A stretch of DNA of 64,000 bases from an uncultured virus (IMG/VR IMGVR_UViG_3300044729_003978) (taxonomy: Duplodnaviria; Heunggongvirae; Uroviricota; Caudoviricetes): the IMG/VR virus record IMGVR_UViG_3300044729_003978. The stretch is one strand, 5' to 3'. Each line of letters begins with the position of its first letter. Position 1 is the stretch's first letter. Shown piece after piece: positions 1-8,716 of the stretch. Both the position numbers and the translations under genes were made by a program. The notes under the pieces were generated by a model. The model ran no database searches. It was not told the DNA's origin and was given only the letters and a program-made list of their open reading frames with translations.

Positions 1-945
1 TTCTCCGCCGCCCGCGGGTTATGCGGTTTCGAGCATTACTCGGCGCTTGGCTTGCGCACGCTCACCTGAGAATCGTCCAGACTTACCCCACTCAGGGAGC
101 GTAATTTCAGTGCAAGTCCCTTATCCAGCCACGATGCGTCGCTGCATCGGCTTAGGTTCAGGATTGTAGTGTCAGAATAGGCATTGCCGCCGTCAACGCA
201 TCACGCACGCAGACCTAGCCCTGCGGACTTTCGCCCGCACGCTAGGTTACGCTTGTGTCACGCTGATACGTGCGCCACATCCTTTGTCGTCAGTAGTAGC
301 CAAGCAGGTCGTTACCGCACGGCGTAGTTCCGTGCAGTCAATACTACTGAGTACCGCAGGCTCGCACCTGCGCTACTATGGCATCGCTATACCCTAGGCC
401 ACACCCCCCTGCGTGAGTTATTTGTTACTATCGGCACTCTCGTGCCCACCGTAAGGGTAGTTATCCTAGGAGCGGTTCCAACTCGCACCTATCTAGTCTT
501 GCACTATACGATCCGATTACCGACAGTCGATAACTATCTACTCGGATCGGGGCATCTGAGAGTCACCTCATACTAGCATGGGTGCTCGACGCAGCACTAT
601 GACACCGTGCGCATCATACGGGGGCAGGATTACCATTAGCGTTTCCAGGCCTTGCGGCCTAGTGGTTATCCGACTCATGCCGTAGCATGAGCACGCGACC
701 TTCCGTATCAGAATCCGCAGCGACTCCCGAGCACTTTCGGCGCTCGGTTCCCTACCCGACTCTCTAGTTTACGCTCCCCCGTAGGGGCCGCACCGCGCGA
801 CTCTTGAGGCAAGTTTACGGGTCATGCCCGCTCTCGCTCTAGTCTATCGCTCGGCCGAGTGGTCGAGTACGCTACGCATATGTTCTCACCGAGCCTACGG
901 CTCGGGTCACCCCTCCCCCCGTAGGGGGAGGGTAGACCCACTCCG
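1..945 (-). ncRNA. Candidate large structured non-coding RNA (3' part may extend beyond the window start)
   Basis: No credible ORF. More than 12 hairpins whose loops read as UACG (911-932, 776-787, 674-691) or GNRA (GCAA 647-660, GAGA 433-446, GAAA 222-239 and 727-747, GCGA 355-372, GUGA 560-569) on the - strand. G-U pairs form only on the - strand (e.g. 222-239). Longer-range pairings at 290-297/342-349, 213-219/241-247 and 510-516/542-548. Confidence 0.6.
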
Positions 946-955
946 TACGCTCGCC

Positions 956-1411
956 TCAGGCGAGCTTCTTGAGGGTGATCTTCGCCTCGTTCTTGCCGAA
1001 GGCTCCGAAGAGGGCGGTCGCGAGGTGCGACCCATTGATCGAATCAGAGTCGATCGTCTTCCCGTACTCGTGCCCTCGGAGGGACGGCACCTCGAGGAAC
1101 ATCTTGCCGATCCCGACCTTCGTCGCGAGGTACGAGGCCTTCTCAGCCTCGGCTCGCTCGAGAGCGGCGAGCGCGGCGAGGTCGCTCGGCCTCTCGATCG
1201 CGGTCCGCATCGCGCGGTCCGCGGCCGAGATCGCGTTCGATCCCGCGAGGACGAACTCGTGAGCCGATCGCAAGAAGGCAGTTCTCGACTTGGGGTTCGC
1301 CGAAAGATCGGACGCCTCGAACTTCGCGACCTCCTCGCTCTTCGAGAGACGAACCAAGCGAAGGGAGACGGAGACGGAGGTGGTCGGGGAGGTGGCGGTG
1401 GTCTTCGACAT
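956..1411 (-). CDS. Hypothetical protein (151 aa, MSKTTATSPTT...), GC-rich, probably an early gene
   Basis: ATG at 1411 is preceded by a GAGGA SD. Strong G/C third-position bias and ordinary protein composition, unlike the Arg/Pro/Ser-rich overlapping frames. Confidence 0.7.
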   Translation of the reverse strand: MSKTTATSPTTSVSVSLRLVRLSKSEEVAKFEASDLSANPKSRTAFLRSAHEFVLAGSNAISAADRAMRTAIERPSDLAALAALERAEAEKASYLATKVGIGKMFLEVPSLRGHEYGKTIDSDSINGSHLATALFGAFGKNEAKITLKKLA

Positions 1412-1561
1412 GGAGATATCCTCGGGCGTGTTGCCCGTTTGGCGTTTCGTTGGCCGACTGCCCGCACGCTGCGGGCGGCATTGTCGGCACAACGGCAACA
1501 AAGTTGGCCGGTCTTCCCCGCCGGCTCGGCGGTTCTCACGTTTTCACAAGCAAAAACCAAT

Positions 1562-1631
1562 TATAAGCACTTTATTTAAAATAAAAAGCGCCAACCTAAA
1601 ATGGGGCGCGTTTGGTAACCATATAAGCACT
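1562..1631. repeat. Direct repeat TATAAGCACT (1562-1571, 1622-1631) flanking an inverted repeat GCGCC/GGCGC at the GC/AT boundary
   Basis: Read directly from the sequence; the two copies are exactly 60 bp apart. Confidence 0.6.
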
Positions 1632-1644
1632 ATTAAAACACTTA

Positions 1645-3039
1645 TCAGATATCTGATAAATCAACAGGCGTTTTATCAATCTTTTTTATATCACCCTTAT
1701 AAAATACAAGGACGTTTTGATGTATTTTTGTAATCTTTTTTGTTTTCATGCTATTTGCAGCCCTAACAGCGGCGGTGCCTATTGAATTTTTAAGTATAAT
1801 TTCATTGTATAATTTCAACTTGGAATCTAAAAGTATTCTAATAGTATCATAAACAAATCCATAATATGCACCCTCATCATTTCTCAAATCACCAACAACT
1901 ATAACAAAAAATGAATTATTTTTTAACAATAAACAGGCATCTTTTAATATTTTTGAGTAATTTTCTATAAATTCAGCGTATGTACCCATAGCGCTTAAAT
2001 CTTTTTTTGAATAAATCTCAAGGTTGTAATACGGCGGACAGGTAAGACACATATCAAAATATTCACCTTTGAGCAAACTAGATAAATTTACAGAATCACC
2101 CTCAACATAAGAAACCTTGTCTGAAACCCCCAAATTGCGCATAACCAGCTCATTAGCATTTATCTGATCTCCACGTATCTCCACACCCCTGTAATTTCTA
2201 TCTAGAAGCCCACAAACCGCGCCTCTAACTTGACTTCCTGCAAAAGGATCTAAAACACTATCTTTTTTCTTCGAAAACCACCTAACTAATACTTCACACA
2301 AAACAGGATCAAATACGCTTGTTCCAGAATTTATATGGGACAAGAATTTAACTTCATCTTCTTCAACAGAAGTTCTGCCAAATTCACCGTCTCTAGTTTC
2401 GGTGGCAGAACCAATTGTATTGAACCATTCCCTCTTTCTGCAAATCCAATCAGCGGAAGAGGAGTCTAGTATGCTAAATGGGGGAAAAACAAATTTATCT
2501 TTTAGGCCACCAGTAGAAATTTTCTTCAGTTTTCCGTAAGCCTGATTGATGCTTATTTTTCCACTTCTTAGATCTTTTTTTAAATCTTCATTGCCGTTTT
2601 TATCTATGTAAAAAGCTTTATGAAGCGTATCATGCGAATATCCTGTTTTTTCGGCTATTATTAAAAGAGTATTGTGTTTTTTTCCTTCAGAAGACGGCTT
2701 TTTAGAAAAGCCTAGCCTGTTTAAATCATCCTTAAGCTTTGCGTATATTTCTATTTTTTCGTAGGGCTGCAGATTTCTTCGTATGATTTGGTTTTCAATT
2801 ATAAAAGATAAAACCTCAAATCTGTCTTTAAAACTATAAAAAACATATTTCGGCTCTATTTTTAACTCTTCGCATATTTCGTATCTATTGTGACCGTCAA
2901 CTAAAACATTTTCTTCGGTCCAAACGATTAATGGTTCCCTAAGCCCATACGTTTTTATATTTTGCTTAAGAGCCTCTTTTTGTTCTTTTTGAAGGGGTGT
3001 AATTAAATTTTTAAATTCTTCAAGAATCTTTGGTTTCAT
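1645..3039 (-). CDS. ParB-like N-terminal domain fused to an amino (N6-A/N4-C) DNA methyltransferase
   Basis: ParB motif LREPLIVW...VDGHNRY, then an HTH-like segment, then SAM-binding VLDPFAG and catalytic TCPPY. Confidence 0.85.
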   Translation of the reverse strand: MKPKILEEFKNLITPLQKEQKEALKQNIKTYGLREPLIVWTEENVLVDGHNRYEICEELKIEPKYVFYSFKDRFEVLSFIIENQIIRRNLQPYEKIEIYAKLKDDLNRLGFSKKPSSEGKKHNTLLIIAEKTGYSHDTLHKAFYIDKNGNEDLKKDLRSGKISINQAYGKLKKISTGGLKDKFVFPPFSILDSSSADWICRKREWFNTIGSATETRDGEFGRTSVEEDEVKFLSHINSGTSVFDPVLCEVLVRWFSKKKDSVLDPFAGSQVRGAVCGLLDRNYRGVEIRGDQINANELVMRNLGVSDKVSYVEGDSVNLSSLLKGEYFDMCLTCPPYYNLEIYSKKDLSAMGTYAEFIENYSKILKDACLLLKNNSFFVIVVGDLRNDEGAYYGFVYDTIRILLDSKLKLYNEIILKNSIGTAAVRAANSMKTKKITKIHQNVLVFYKGDIKKIDKTPVDLSDI

Positions 3040-3388
3040 TTTTTTTAAAAACCCTATTCTTATTCTGCTCTGAAGCTGTTGCGTATCTTAAATTCTCTAT
3101 TCTATTATCATCTCTCACTCTATTTATATGGTCAACCGTTTTGTCTATAGGCCTAGGACCTATAAACGCTTCAGCAACAAGCCTATGAACAAACTGCTTA
3201 TAATTTTTCCCATTTAACGCAAGCACGACATAGCAATAACCGTCATCATCTCTGTGGATCTTGACAAAACCACCGCGCTTGCTGTAATATCTCCCACGAT
3301 TGAAAACCATCCTGGTCTTCTGACGAATAACTCCAGAATCACTGACTTCATATGAAGGGTTTGAGGGAAGATCACGCCAAATTACCAT
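3020..3388 (-). CDS. NUMOD4-HNH homing endonuclease
   Basis: WRDLP..YEVSDSG (NUMOD4) and VHRLVAEAF...VDHINRVRDDNRIENLRY (HNH_3). The start is more likely ATG 3388 than GTG 3403. Confidence 0.9.
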   Translation of the reverse strand: MVIWRDLPSNPSYEVSDSGVIRQKTRMVFNRGRYYSKRGGFVKIHRDDDGYCYVVLALNGKNYKQFVHRLVAEAFIGPRPIDKTVDHINRVRDDNRIENLRYATASEQNKNRVFKKNETKDS

Positions 3389-3393
3389 CCATC

Positions 3394-3403
3394 GTGTATA
3401 CAC
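3394..3403. promoter_or_regulatory. Palindromic GTGTATACAC, candidate bidirectional late promoter
   Basis: GTGTAT on both strands between divergent starts 3388 (-) and 3419 (+). Confidence 0.65.
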
Positions 3404-3418
3404 CTAGTAAGGCATAAA

Positions 3419-4348
3419 ATGGACAGAAAAAAAATTATAGAAAAACTTTATATGGCGCTAGCAGCAGAACCCTTTGAATACGAAGGCGCTCTAGAGATTC
3501 AAGATCAGGCAGAAACTATTGACCCAACTCCCAACCCAACAGTGAGCGATTATTCAAAAGTAATTTGCACAGGAACAATACAAAATCCAGACGGAACAAC
3601 TACTCCTTATACAATAACAGAAGGAGATATAATTGAGGCGACTTTCTGCGGCGAGGCCGCATCATGTTCGTTAGAACAAAGAAAAGCTATAATGGCTGTT
3701 GCTTTTAATAGAACAAAGAGACGACCACGAACAATTAAAAGGGGCGAATTCACATTCGACGGTTTTGTAGCCGAACTAATCGACCCTAAACAATACAGTT
3801 GTTGGGATAATGTTAAATTTAATAATTGCGACAATTTAAGAGCTGGAGTTTTGGCAAACAAGGCAAAGTGCGCGGCAACTACCGTGCTTCCATCATTAGA
3901 CTACGAAAGCTTACTTCAATCACTAATAAATTTGGGTTTTAATGGCTCTAGAGATAAAGGCAGCGCAAATTATGATCCCGCAATAGACCCAACAAACGTA
4001 TTTAATTACTCAACTCCTAAAGTTTTAGCAAAAAAAACTGACTGGAATCCTTGTTTAAATGGAATAAATATACCCGTTGGATCCAAGATAGAAATAGCTT
4101 CAGAGGAATGGGAGATTATTATACACAATGGAAAACCAACAAAAAATTGTTTCCATTTTACTGGTATGAGATGCGCAATAATATCAGACGGCTGCCACGC
4201 TTTCTTGAGTAATAACAGCGATAAGTATAGAATGGAACCAACGAAAAAAATAGTAAAATGCCCAAATCTTCAACCTCCATTAGAACCAGGTAAGAGAAGG
4301 AGAATCTGTCTCACAGCTACCCCGCAGGAAGGCGTGACACAACAATGA
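3419..4348 (+). CDS. SleB/Hydrolase_2-like cell wall hydrolase with shared N-terminal leader
   Basis: ATFCGEA...AIMAVAFNR...KQYSCW matches the SleB-like lytic transglycosylase pattern with catalytic Glu. Leader MDRKKIIEKLYMALAAE; Cys-rich. Confidence 0.7.
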   Translation: MDRKKIIEKLYMALAAEPFEYEGALEIQDQAETIDPTPNPTVSDYSKVICTGTIQNPDGTTTPYTITEGDIIEATFCGEAASCSLEQRKAIMAVAFNRTKRRPRTIKRGEFTFDGFVAELIDPKQYSCWDNVKFNNCDNLRAGVLANKAKCAATTVLPSLDYESLLQSLINLGFNGSRDKGSANYDPAIDPTNVFNYSTPKVLAKKTDWNPCLNGINIPVGSKIEIASEEWEIIIHNGKPTKNCFHFTGMRCAIISDGCHAFLSNNSDKYRMEPTKKIVKCPNLQPPLEPGKRRRICLTATPQEGVTQQ

Positions 4349-5133
4349 GAAAAGATCTGACAAAAATACTAAACAAGCTGTATGCCGTTGAAATAATTAA
4401 AAGCCCACCTTTTGTTGAAGAACCAGAGTATGTTGATGAGCCACCAGAACCACCAAAGCCAAGATCGTTAGAACTTTGGGAGATTCTTCGGTCCGTAGGA
4501 TCATACGCAGATTGCGACTGTATTGCTATACTTAAGAACAATAGAATACCAGCAATAACAATTTACGGCACAACACAAACAGGGTACATTTTACCAGGCA
4601 GCATCAATCAAGTCTTTCGGCCAATTTATTCATCAATATCTATACATGACTTAGAGGCCGCATTCAACACAAATCAAATGCAAAATTTTTTAGCAGCACG
4701 TATATGCGAAAAATACAACGCGCCACAAGATCCACAAAAAGCCAAAGAAGTCTTAAATTTTATAGATGAATGGTTTAGTAAAGCCGCACTTGGACTAAAT
4801 GAAGATGAAATAGAACAATTACCTACTCCATGGTTGTTTGACGACGGAATATGGGATCTTCTAGGTCGTTTAGGGGAAAACCAAACGGATACATGCATTG
4901 ACAATTGTTTAGGTATGGTTCATGATCTTTTTACTAAACTAGTTAGTATTGCTCGTGAAGCGCATGGTATAGAATTAGCGTTTAGTGTTCCTTCTCTTGA
5001 TCCTAAAGGCGTACAAAGACCAGATCCTTTTTGGGGCGCCAAATACCCAGCTATGAAGACCGTTATGGAAAAAATAATAAATTGCGTGCAAAAAAAACTA
5101 AAAAGAGTTATACAAGAAGGAACTATAGCTTAA
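4345..5133 (+). CDS. Hypothetical protein with shared leader (MRKDLTKILNKLYAVE)
   Basis: 262-aa ORF with ATGA overlap on the upstream stop; Pro/Glu linker after the leader. Confidence 0.75.
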   Translation: MRKDLTKILNKLYAVEIIKSPPFVEEPEYVDEPPEPPKPRSLELWEILRSVGSYADCDCIAILKNNRIPAITIYGTTQTGYILPGSINQVFRPIYSSISIHDLEAAFNTNQMQNFLAARICEKYNAPQDPQKAKEVLNFIDEWFSKAALGLNEDEIEQLPTPWLFDDGIWDLLGRLGENQTDTCIDNCLGMVHDLFTKLVSIAREAHGIELAFSVPSLDPKGVQRPDPFWGAKYPAMKTVMEKIINCVQKKLKRVIQEGTIA

Positions 5134-5139
5134 GTGTAT
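5134..5139 (+). promoter_or_regulatory. GTGTAT candidate late promoter
   Basis: Intergenic, 45 nt before ATG 5179. Confidence 0.5.
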
Positions 5140-5178
5140 TATAATATATTAATTGAAAGCATTTACGAGATTTAACAA

Positions 5179-5973
5179 ATGAAAAACTATCAAAATCTAA
5201 TAAAAAAATTAACAGCGGCATTATCAATTCAAACAGCGCCAGCAAATAACGCAAAATGCGCTGGAGTCACAGGAAAAATAGGAAGTATTACGCTAGAAGC
5301 CCCACCAATAGACACTACAACCTTTGACTGGGTTAATCTTTCAGATGTAGAGAAAGCTAAAGCGCAGGAAAAGCGCATCAAAGTGTATTACGGGAAACTT
5401 TTAAAAGCTGTTAAAGACTGCTCGTCAACCGATGAGTGCAGCTCAAAAGGAACATTTGAGGGTTGTTTTCAATCTGGACACGCTAAAGTTATAGAAGAGA
5501 TGAAAAAAATGACTGCTTCAACTGAGGTTTCTGAAGAAGGAACCGCTTTAGCTGCGGCAGAACCTATCATAGGACCAGCACCAGAAAGTTCCGGACCGCC
5601 AAATCAAATGGGTCCAACCGAAAGAAGAAACTGTATTTTAAGAAAGAAACGGTGCTTGTGCGAATTTTACATCGCAAAGGCAAAACATGAAATACTAGCC
5701 GCGCAAGAGGCAGAGCTTTACAATAAAGGCTTGGAAAAATATTATATAAATCCAGCAGTAACAAGCACAAGACTTGATGCCGAAAAAGCAAAAATGAAGC
5801 AAAAGTTTACAGAAGCCTGCAAGAAGCTTCCAGAAAAATCGGGATATCTAGGTGATAGCCCCTGCAAAAAGAAGCCTGACGGAAAATTTATGTACAGTGA
5901 TTGCAAAGATTTTTGCGAAAAGTGTTCTCAAGGAGAACCAGATGCGACATCAATAGAAGGGCAGGATTTTTAA
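5179..5973 (+). CDS. Cys-rich hypothetical protein with shared leader (MKNYQNLIKKLTAA)
   Basis: 264-aa ORF; two Cys-containing helical regions separated by an Ala/Pro/Glu linker. Confidence 0.75.
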   Translation: MKNYQNLIKKLTAALSIQTAPANNAKCAGVTGKIGSITLEAPPIDTTTFDWVNLSDVEKAKAQEKRIKVYYGKLLKAVKDCSSTDECSSKGTFEGCFQSGHAKVIEEMKKMTASTEVSEEGTALAAAEPIIGPAPESSGPPNQMGPTERRNCILRKKRCLCEFYIAKAKHEILAAQEAELYNKGLEKYYINPAVTSTRLDAEKAKMKQKFTEACKKLPEKSGYLGDSPCKKKPDGKFMYSDCKDFCEKCSQGEPDATSIEGQDF

Positions 5974-6201
5974 ATGGGTAATATAAAAAATTCTTTAGAA
6001 AAACTTAGAAACGTTATGGCAAAACAAAATAGCACTTCTGGAGGCGCCTGCTGCTATTACGATAATTATAGCGGTCTTTTAAGTTGTTTTAATGGAGCCA
6101 CCCCAGGTGACTGTCAAGCCAAAAACGGAACATTACACCCTGGATATACTTGTTCTCAAGGTCCATGCTTTAAAAAACCGAAACTTCAACAATCTTTATA
6201 A
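5974..6201 (+). CDS. Small GACC-type cysteine-module protein with shared leader (MGNIKNSLEKLRNVMA)
   Basis: GGACC...C...C....G....G..C....C pattern; abuts the upstream stop. Confidence 0.7.
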   Translation: MGNIKNSLEKLRNVMAKQNSTSGGACCYYDNYSGLLSCFNGATPGDCQAKNGTLHPGYTCSQGPCFKKPKLQQSL

Positions 6202-6226
6202 TATTTGAATTTTATATTGGTTACTT

Positions 6227-7276
6227 ATGGCTATCTTAAAAACATATATCCCAACTATACATGATATTCATACTTACGCCTATCCTGCTACTTTAAATCC
6301 AAGACTTGATGCAAGCCCTTTTGGTTTAAACCTAGACTGCCACGCCGCCCATATTCTGTGGAACGGTGTAAGCATACGCCCTAGAGCGTTCTGCAGAACG
6401 ATAGGAGCTGCGTTTCAAACTAGTTGGACTGCTCCGTACGAAGCAGAGAACATAAACTTTTGGAATACGTGCAATCCCACAGCCGTTTTGATATCACCCA
6501 AGCATGCTTTAATATGCCAGCACTACAGAGGCACTCATAACAGACCTGAGGAGTATTACACATTTTTAGGAAGGTCTGGTGCGTTCTACACGGGCAGAGT
6601 TTTAAAGGCCTACCTAAATATAGGGCCAGACCATACTCTAATTGAGTTCCAAGAACCATTTATTACTGACGTTCCGTATTACTCAAAAATTGCCGACGTA
6701 AAATACATTCCAACAGGCACGCCTCTTTGGATTCATGAATGCAATGGTAAAGCCTACAAGATGATTTTTGGTCAAGCTCAACTTAGCACTGCTGGATCTG
6801 CAGTTCAGTACACGTATGGCCCTAGTCTTGATCCGATCAACATTGGTATTACTGCAAATGGGTGGCCGGCTATATTTGGAGGAGATAGTGGGTCACCAAC
6901 CTTTATTGACTACAACGGCACTACTATTTTTGTAGGCTTAATGCACGGCGGCATGCAGGTAAACGATGTAGAGCTAGCTGCTATAAACGTATTATTGCAG
7001 CCTCAGGGTTATTCTGTAGAGCATTTTAAAGTTTCTGCAAAGCCTGCCGATTTGAATCAGGACGGATTAGTTGATGGCTCTGATCTTGCTAAGATCATTA
7101 GCGCTTGGGGTAATGGGTCTGCCCTTGCTGATTTAAATAAAGATGGAGTTGTGGACTCCGCTGACCTATCCGAGTTGCTTGGGTCATGGGGGGCGTACGC
7201 CATGCAGACAAATTTTTTCAAGCCTCCGACTACGGTTCAGCCTGACGACAATGCAAATATCAAACCTAGATCGTAA
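6227..7276 (+). CDS. Trypsin-like serine protease with C-terminal dockerin-like (EF-hand) repeats
   Basis: AVLISPKHALICQH (His), PDHTLI (Asp), GGDSGSP (Ser); two repeats ADLNxDGxVDxxDL...xxWG. Confidence 0.85.
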   Translation: MAILKTYIPTIHDIHTYAYPATLNPRLDASPFGLNLDCHAAHILWNGVSIRPRAFCRTIGAAFQTSWTAPYEAENINFWNTCNPTAVLISPKHALICQHYRGTHNRPEEYYTFLGRSGAFYTGRVLKAYLNIGPDHTLIEFQEPFITDVPYYSKIADVKYIPTGTPLWIHECNGKAYKMIFGQAQLSTAGSAVQYTYGPSLDPINIGITANGWPAIFGGDSGSPTFIDYNGTTIFVGLMHGGMQVNDVELAAINVLLQPQGYSVEHFKVSAKPADLNQDGLVDGSDLAKIISAWGNGSALADLNKDGVVDSADLSELLGSWGAYAMQTNFFKPPTTVQPDDNANIKPRS

Positions 7277-7287
7277 AATTCTTCGCT

Positions 7288-7896
7288 TTATAAACTAGGA
7301 AGCGTTGGCATTGTTGCGTGACCCAACCTTTCTGTTGATGTCCCGTCCCTAAAAGAGAGCGTTAAAATAGGCCGCTTGCTAGCATCTGCTGATTCTAGTG
7401 AGTAGTATGTCGCAGCGTCTGCGTCTGACGAAAACAACACTAGATAAAATGCAGTAAAACCTTTTAGTGCTGCTTTTGCGGCGTTATACACATTAATATT
7501 TACAGAGCCTTCAGCGGTATGCGGTAAAGCATCATTTATATCAATATCAACATCTACACTGCCAGCACCACCAGAACTCCAACTTCCAGACCCATCAGGG
7601 GAATTCCAAGTTGCAAATCTTACATCGTATGAATTCTCATATGCGCCAGCCTTAATTCCAAATACAGGGTTTCCACCAGGGCTTTTGCAAGTAAGCGTTA
7701 ATACTGCGGATTCAAGTTGATCTTCTGATGAAAACTTCTTAAGGCCTGTGTTGTGGGTGCCAAAAGATAAGATAGAATTTACATTTGAGCCTATAGAACC
7801 TGACAAGCCTAAATCTTGAGTTCTAAAATTGGTCGTTGGATTAGATTGCTCAACTCTAGTGTCATTAGACGGAAGCAGACCAGTGTTATTAAGCAA
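7288..7896 (-). CDS. DNRLRE/CBM96-like domain protein
   Basis: DTRV..NPTTNF, SILSF, ESAVLTL, ATWNS..W, YYSLES..RPILTL pattern; TTG start overlapping the upstream gene. Confidence 0.6.
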   Translation of the reverse strand: MLNNTGLLPSNDTRVEQSNPTTNFRTQDLGLSGSIGSNVNSILSFGTHNTGLKKFSSEDQLESAVLTLTCKSPGGNPVFGIKAGAYENSYDVRFATWNSPDGSGSWSSGGAGSVDVDIDINDALPHTAEGSVNINVYNAAKAALKGFTAFYLVLFSSDADAATYYSLESADASKRPILTLSFRDGTSTERLGHATMPTLPSL

Positions 7897-8089
7897 CTTT
7901 TACGCCTTCTCTCAACTGAACCTTTCCACGACCAGATAATTTAACCATTCCTAATCTTCTTCTCATTTCACGAATTGACTTTAGGCTTTTCTTAAGATGA
8001 TTGGCCATATCAGAATCTTTCATTGTTGCAGCATTTGTGGTTAGGAAATTTTTTTCAATTTCTGTCCATCTTTTTTTATTTGTCGTCAT
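7889..8089 (-). CDS. Small Myb/HTH-like DNA-binding protein
   Basis: KRWTEIEKNFL...MANHLKKSLKSIREMRRRLG; GGAG SD. Confidence 0.7.
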   Translation of the reverse strand: MTTNKKRWTEIEKNFLTTNAATMKDSDMANHLKKSLKSIREMRRRLGMVKLSGRGKVQLREGVKVA

Positions 8090-8106
8090 TTTTAACTCCG
8101 CAAATT

Positions 8107-8112
8107 ATACAC
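8107..8112 (-). promoter_or_regulatory. GTGTAT candidate late promoter
   Basis: 23 nt before ATG 8089 on the - strand. Confidence 0.55.
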
Positions 8113-8137
8113 AAAAACACTATAATAGTATAGACAA

Positions 8138-8716
8138 ATGAAAGATCCGGTTAAAACCTTTATAAAAAATATTAATAAAAATAATAAAAATAAGATCTCT
8201 TACGAAGAGGTGCTTTCTATTATAGAAAATATAGCAAAGACTCATAGAGGTAAAAAATTTGGTTTTATGACTGAAGAAGATATTGAATCTCAGGTTAGAC
8301 TAATTTGTATTCAGCAAATTAAGTTTTTTGATGTGACAAAAGAGTCTGACATAACTCATCAAAAAAGCTTAGAGAGATGGTTGAACAAAATAGTTAAAAA
8401 CAGACTAAAAAATTTTTATAGAGATCACTGTCTTTCTGTTAATAAAAAACACGCAACAGCTAGACAAAACCTAAGCAAATCAGCGTCTTCTGATATAGAA
8501 AAAACAGAATCTTTAAATAAAAACGCTATTACAAAATCAAATATAATTGAAGATTTAGAGTTTCAAGAGCTTAGAGACTTTATAATAAAAAATTTAGATA
8601 GTCAAATGCTTGAGATATATGAGGCCTGTATTAGCGATGAAGCTGTAACGCCATACTATAAAAACAAACTTATTGCAAAAGTAAACGAGCTTATGATCGA
8701 ATGGAATAAAAAATGA
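8138..8716 (+). CDS. Phage-encoded sigma-70-family (region 2-like) factor, candidate late sigma
   Basis: EEDIESQVRLICIQQIKFFD...SLERWLNKIVKNRLKNFYRD resembles sigma region 2, followed by ELRDFIIKNLDSQMLEIY. TATAAT at 8121-8126. Confidence 0.65.
   Translation: MKDPVKTFIKNINKNNKNKISYEEVLSIIENIAKTHRGKKFGFMTEEDIESQVRLICIQQIKFFDVTKESDITHQKSLERWLNKIVKNRLKNFYRDHCLSVNKKHATARQNLSKSASSDIEKTESLNKNAITKSNIIEDLEFQELRDFIIKNLDSQMLEIYEACISDEAVTPYYKNKLIAKVNELMIEWNKK

Noticed and set aside
469..490. GGTTCCAACTC looks like a tRNA T-loop
   Set aside because: No cloverleaf, acceptor stem or D-arm could be built around it; no tRNA is called anywhere in the window.
742..762. CGGTTC...CCTACCCGAC resembles a group II intron 3' end on the + strand
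   Set aside because: No recognisable domain V (AGC/CGC triad helix) or domain VI 5' arm, no RT/maturase, and the tetraloop polarity points to the - strand.
824..1733. Overlapping ORFs 824-1579(+), 907-1560(-), 969-1262(+), 1143-1490(-), 1290-1733(+)
   Set aside because: Arg/Pro/Ser-rich shadow frames of the GC-rich gene 956-1411; no SD or codon-position bias supporting them.
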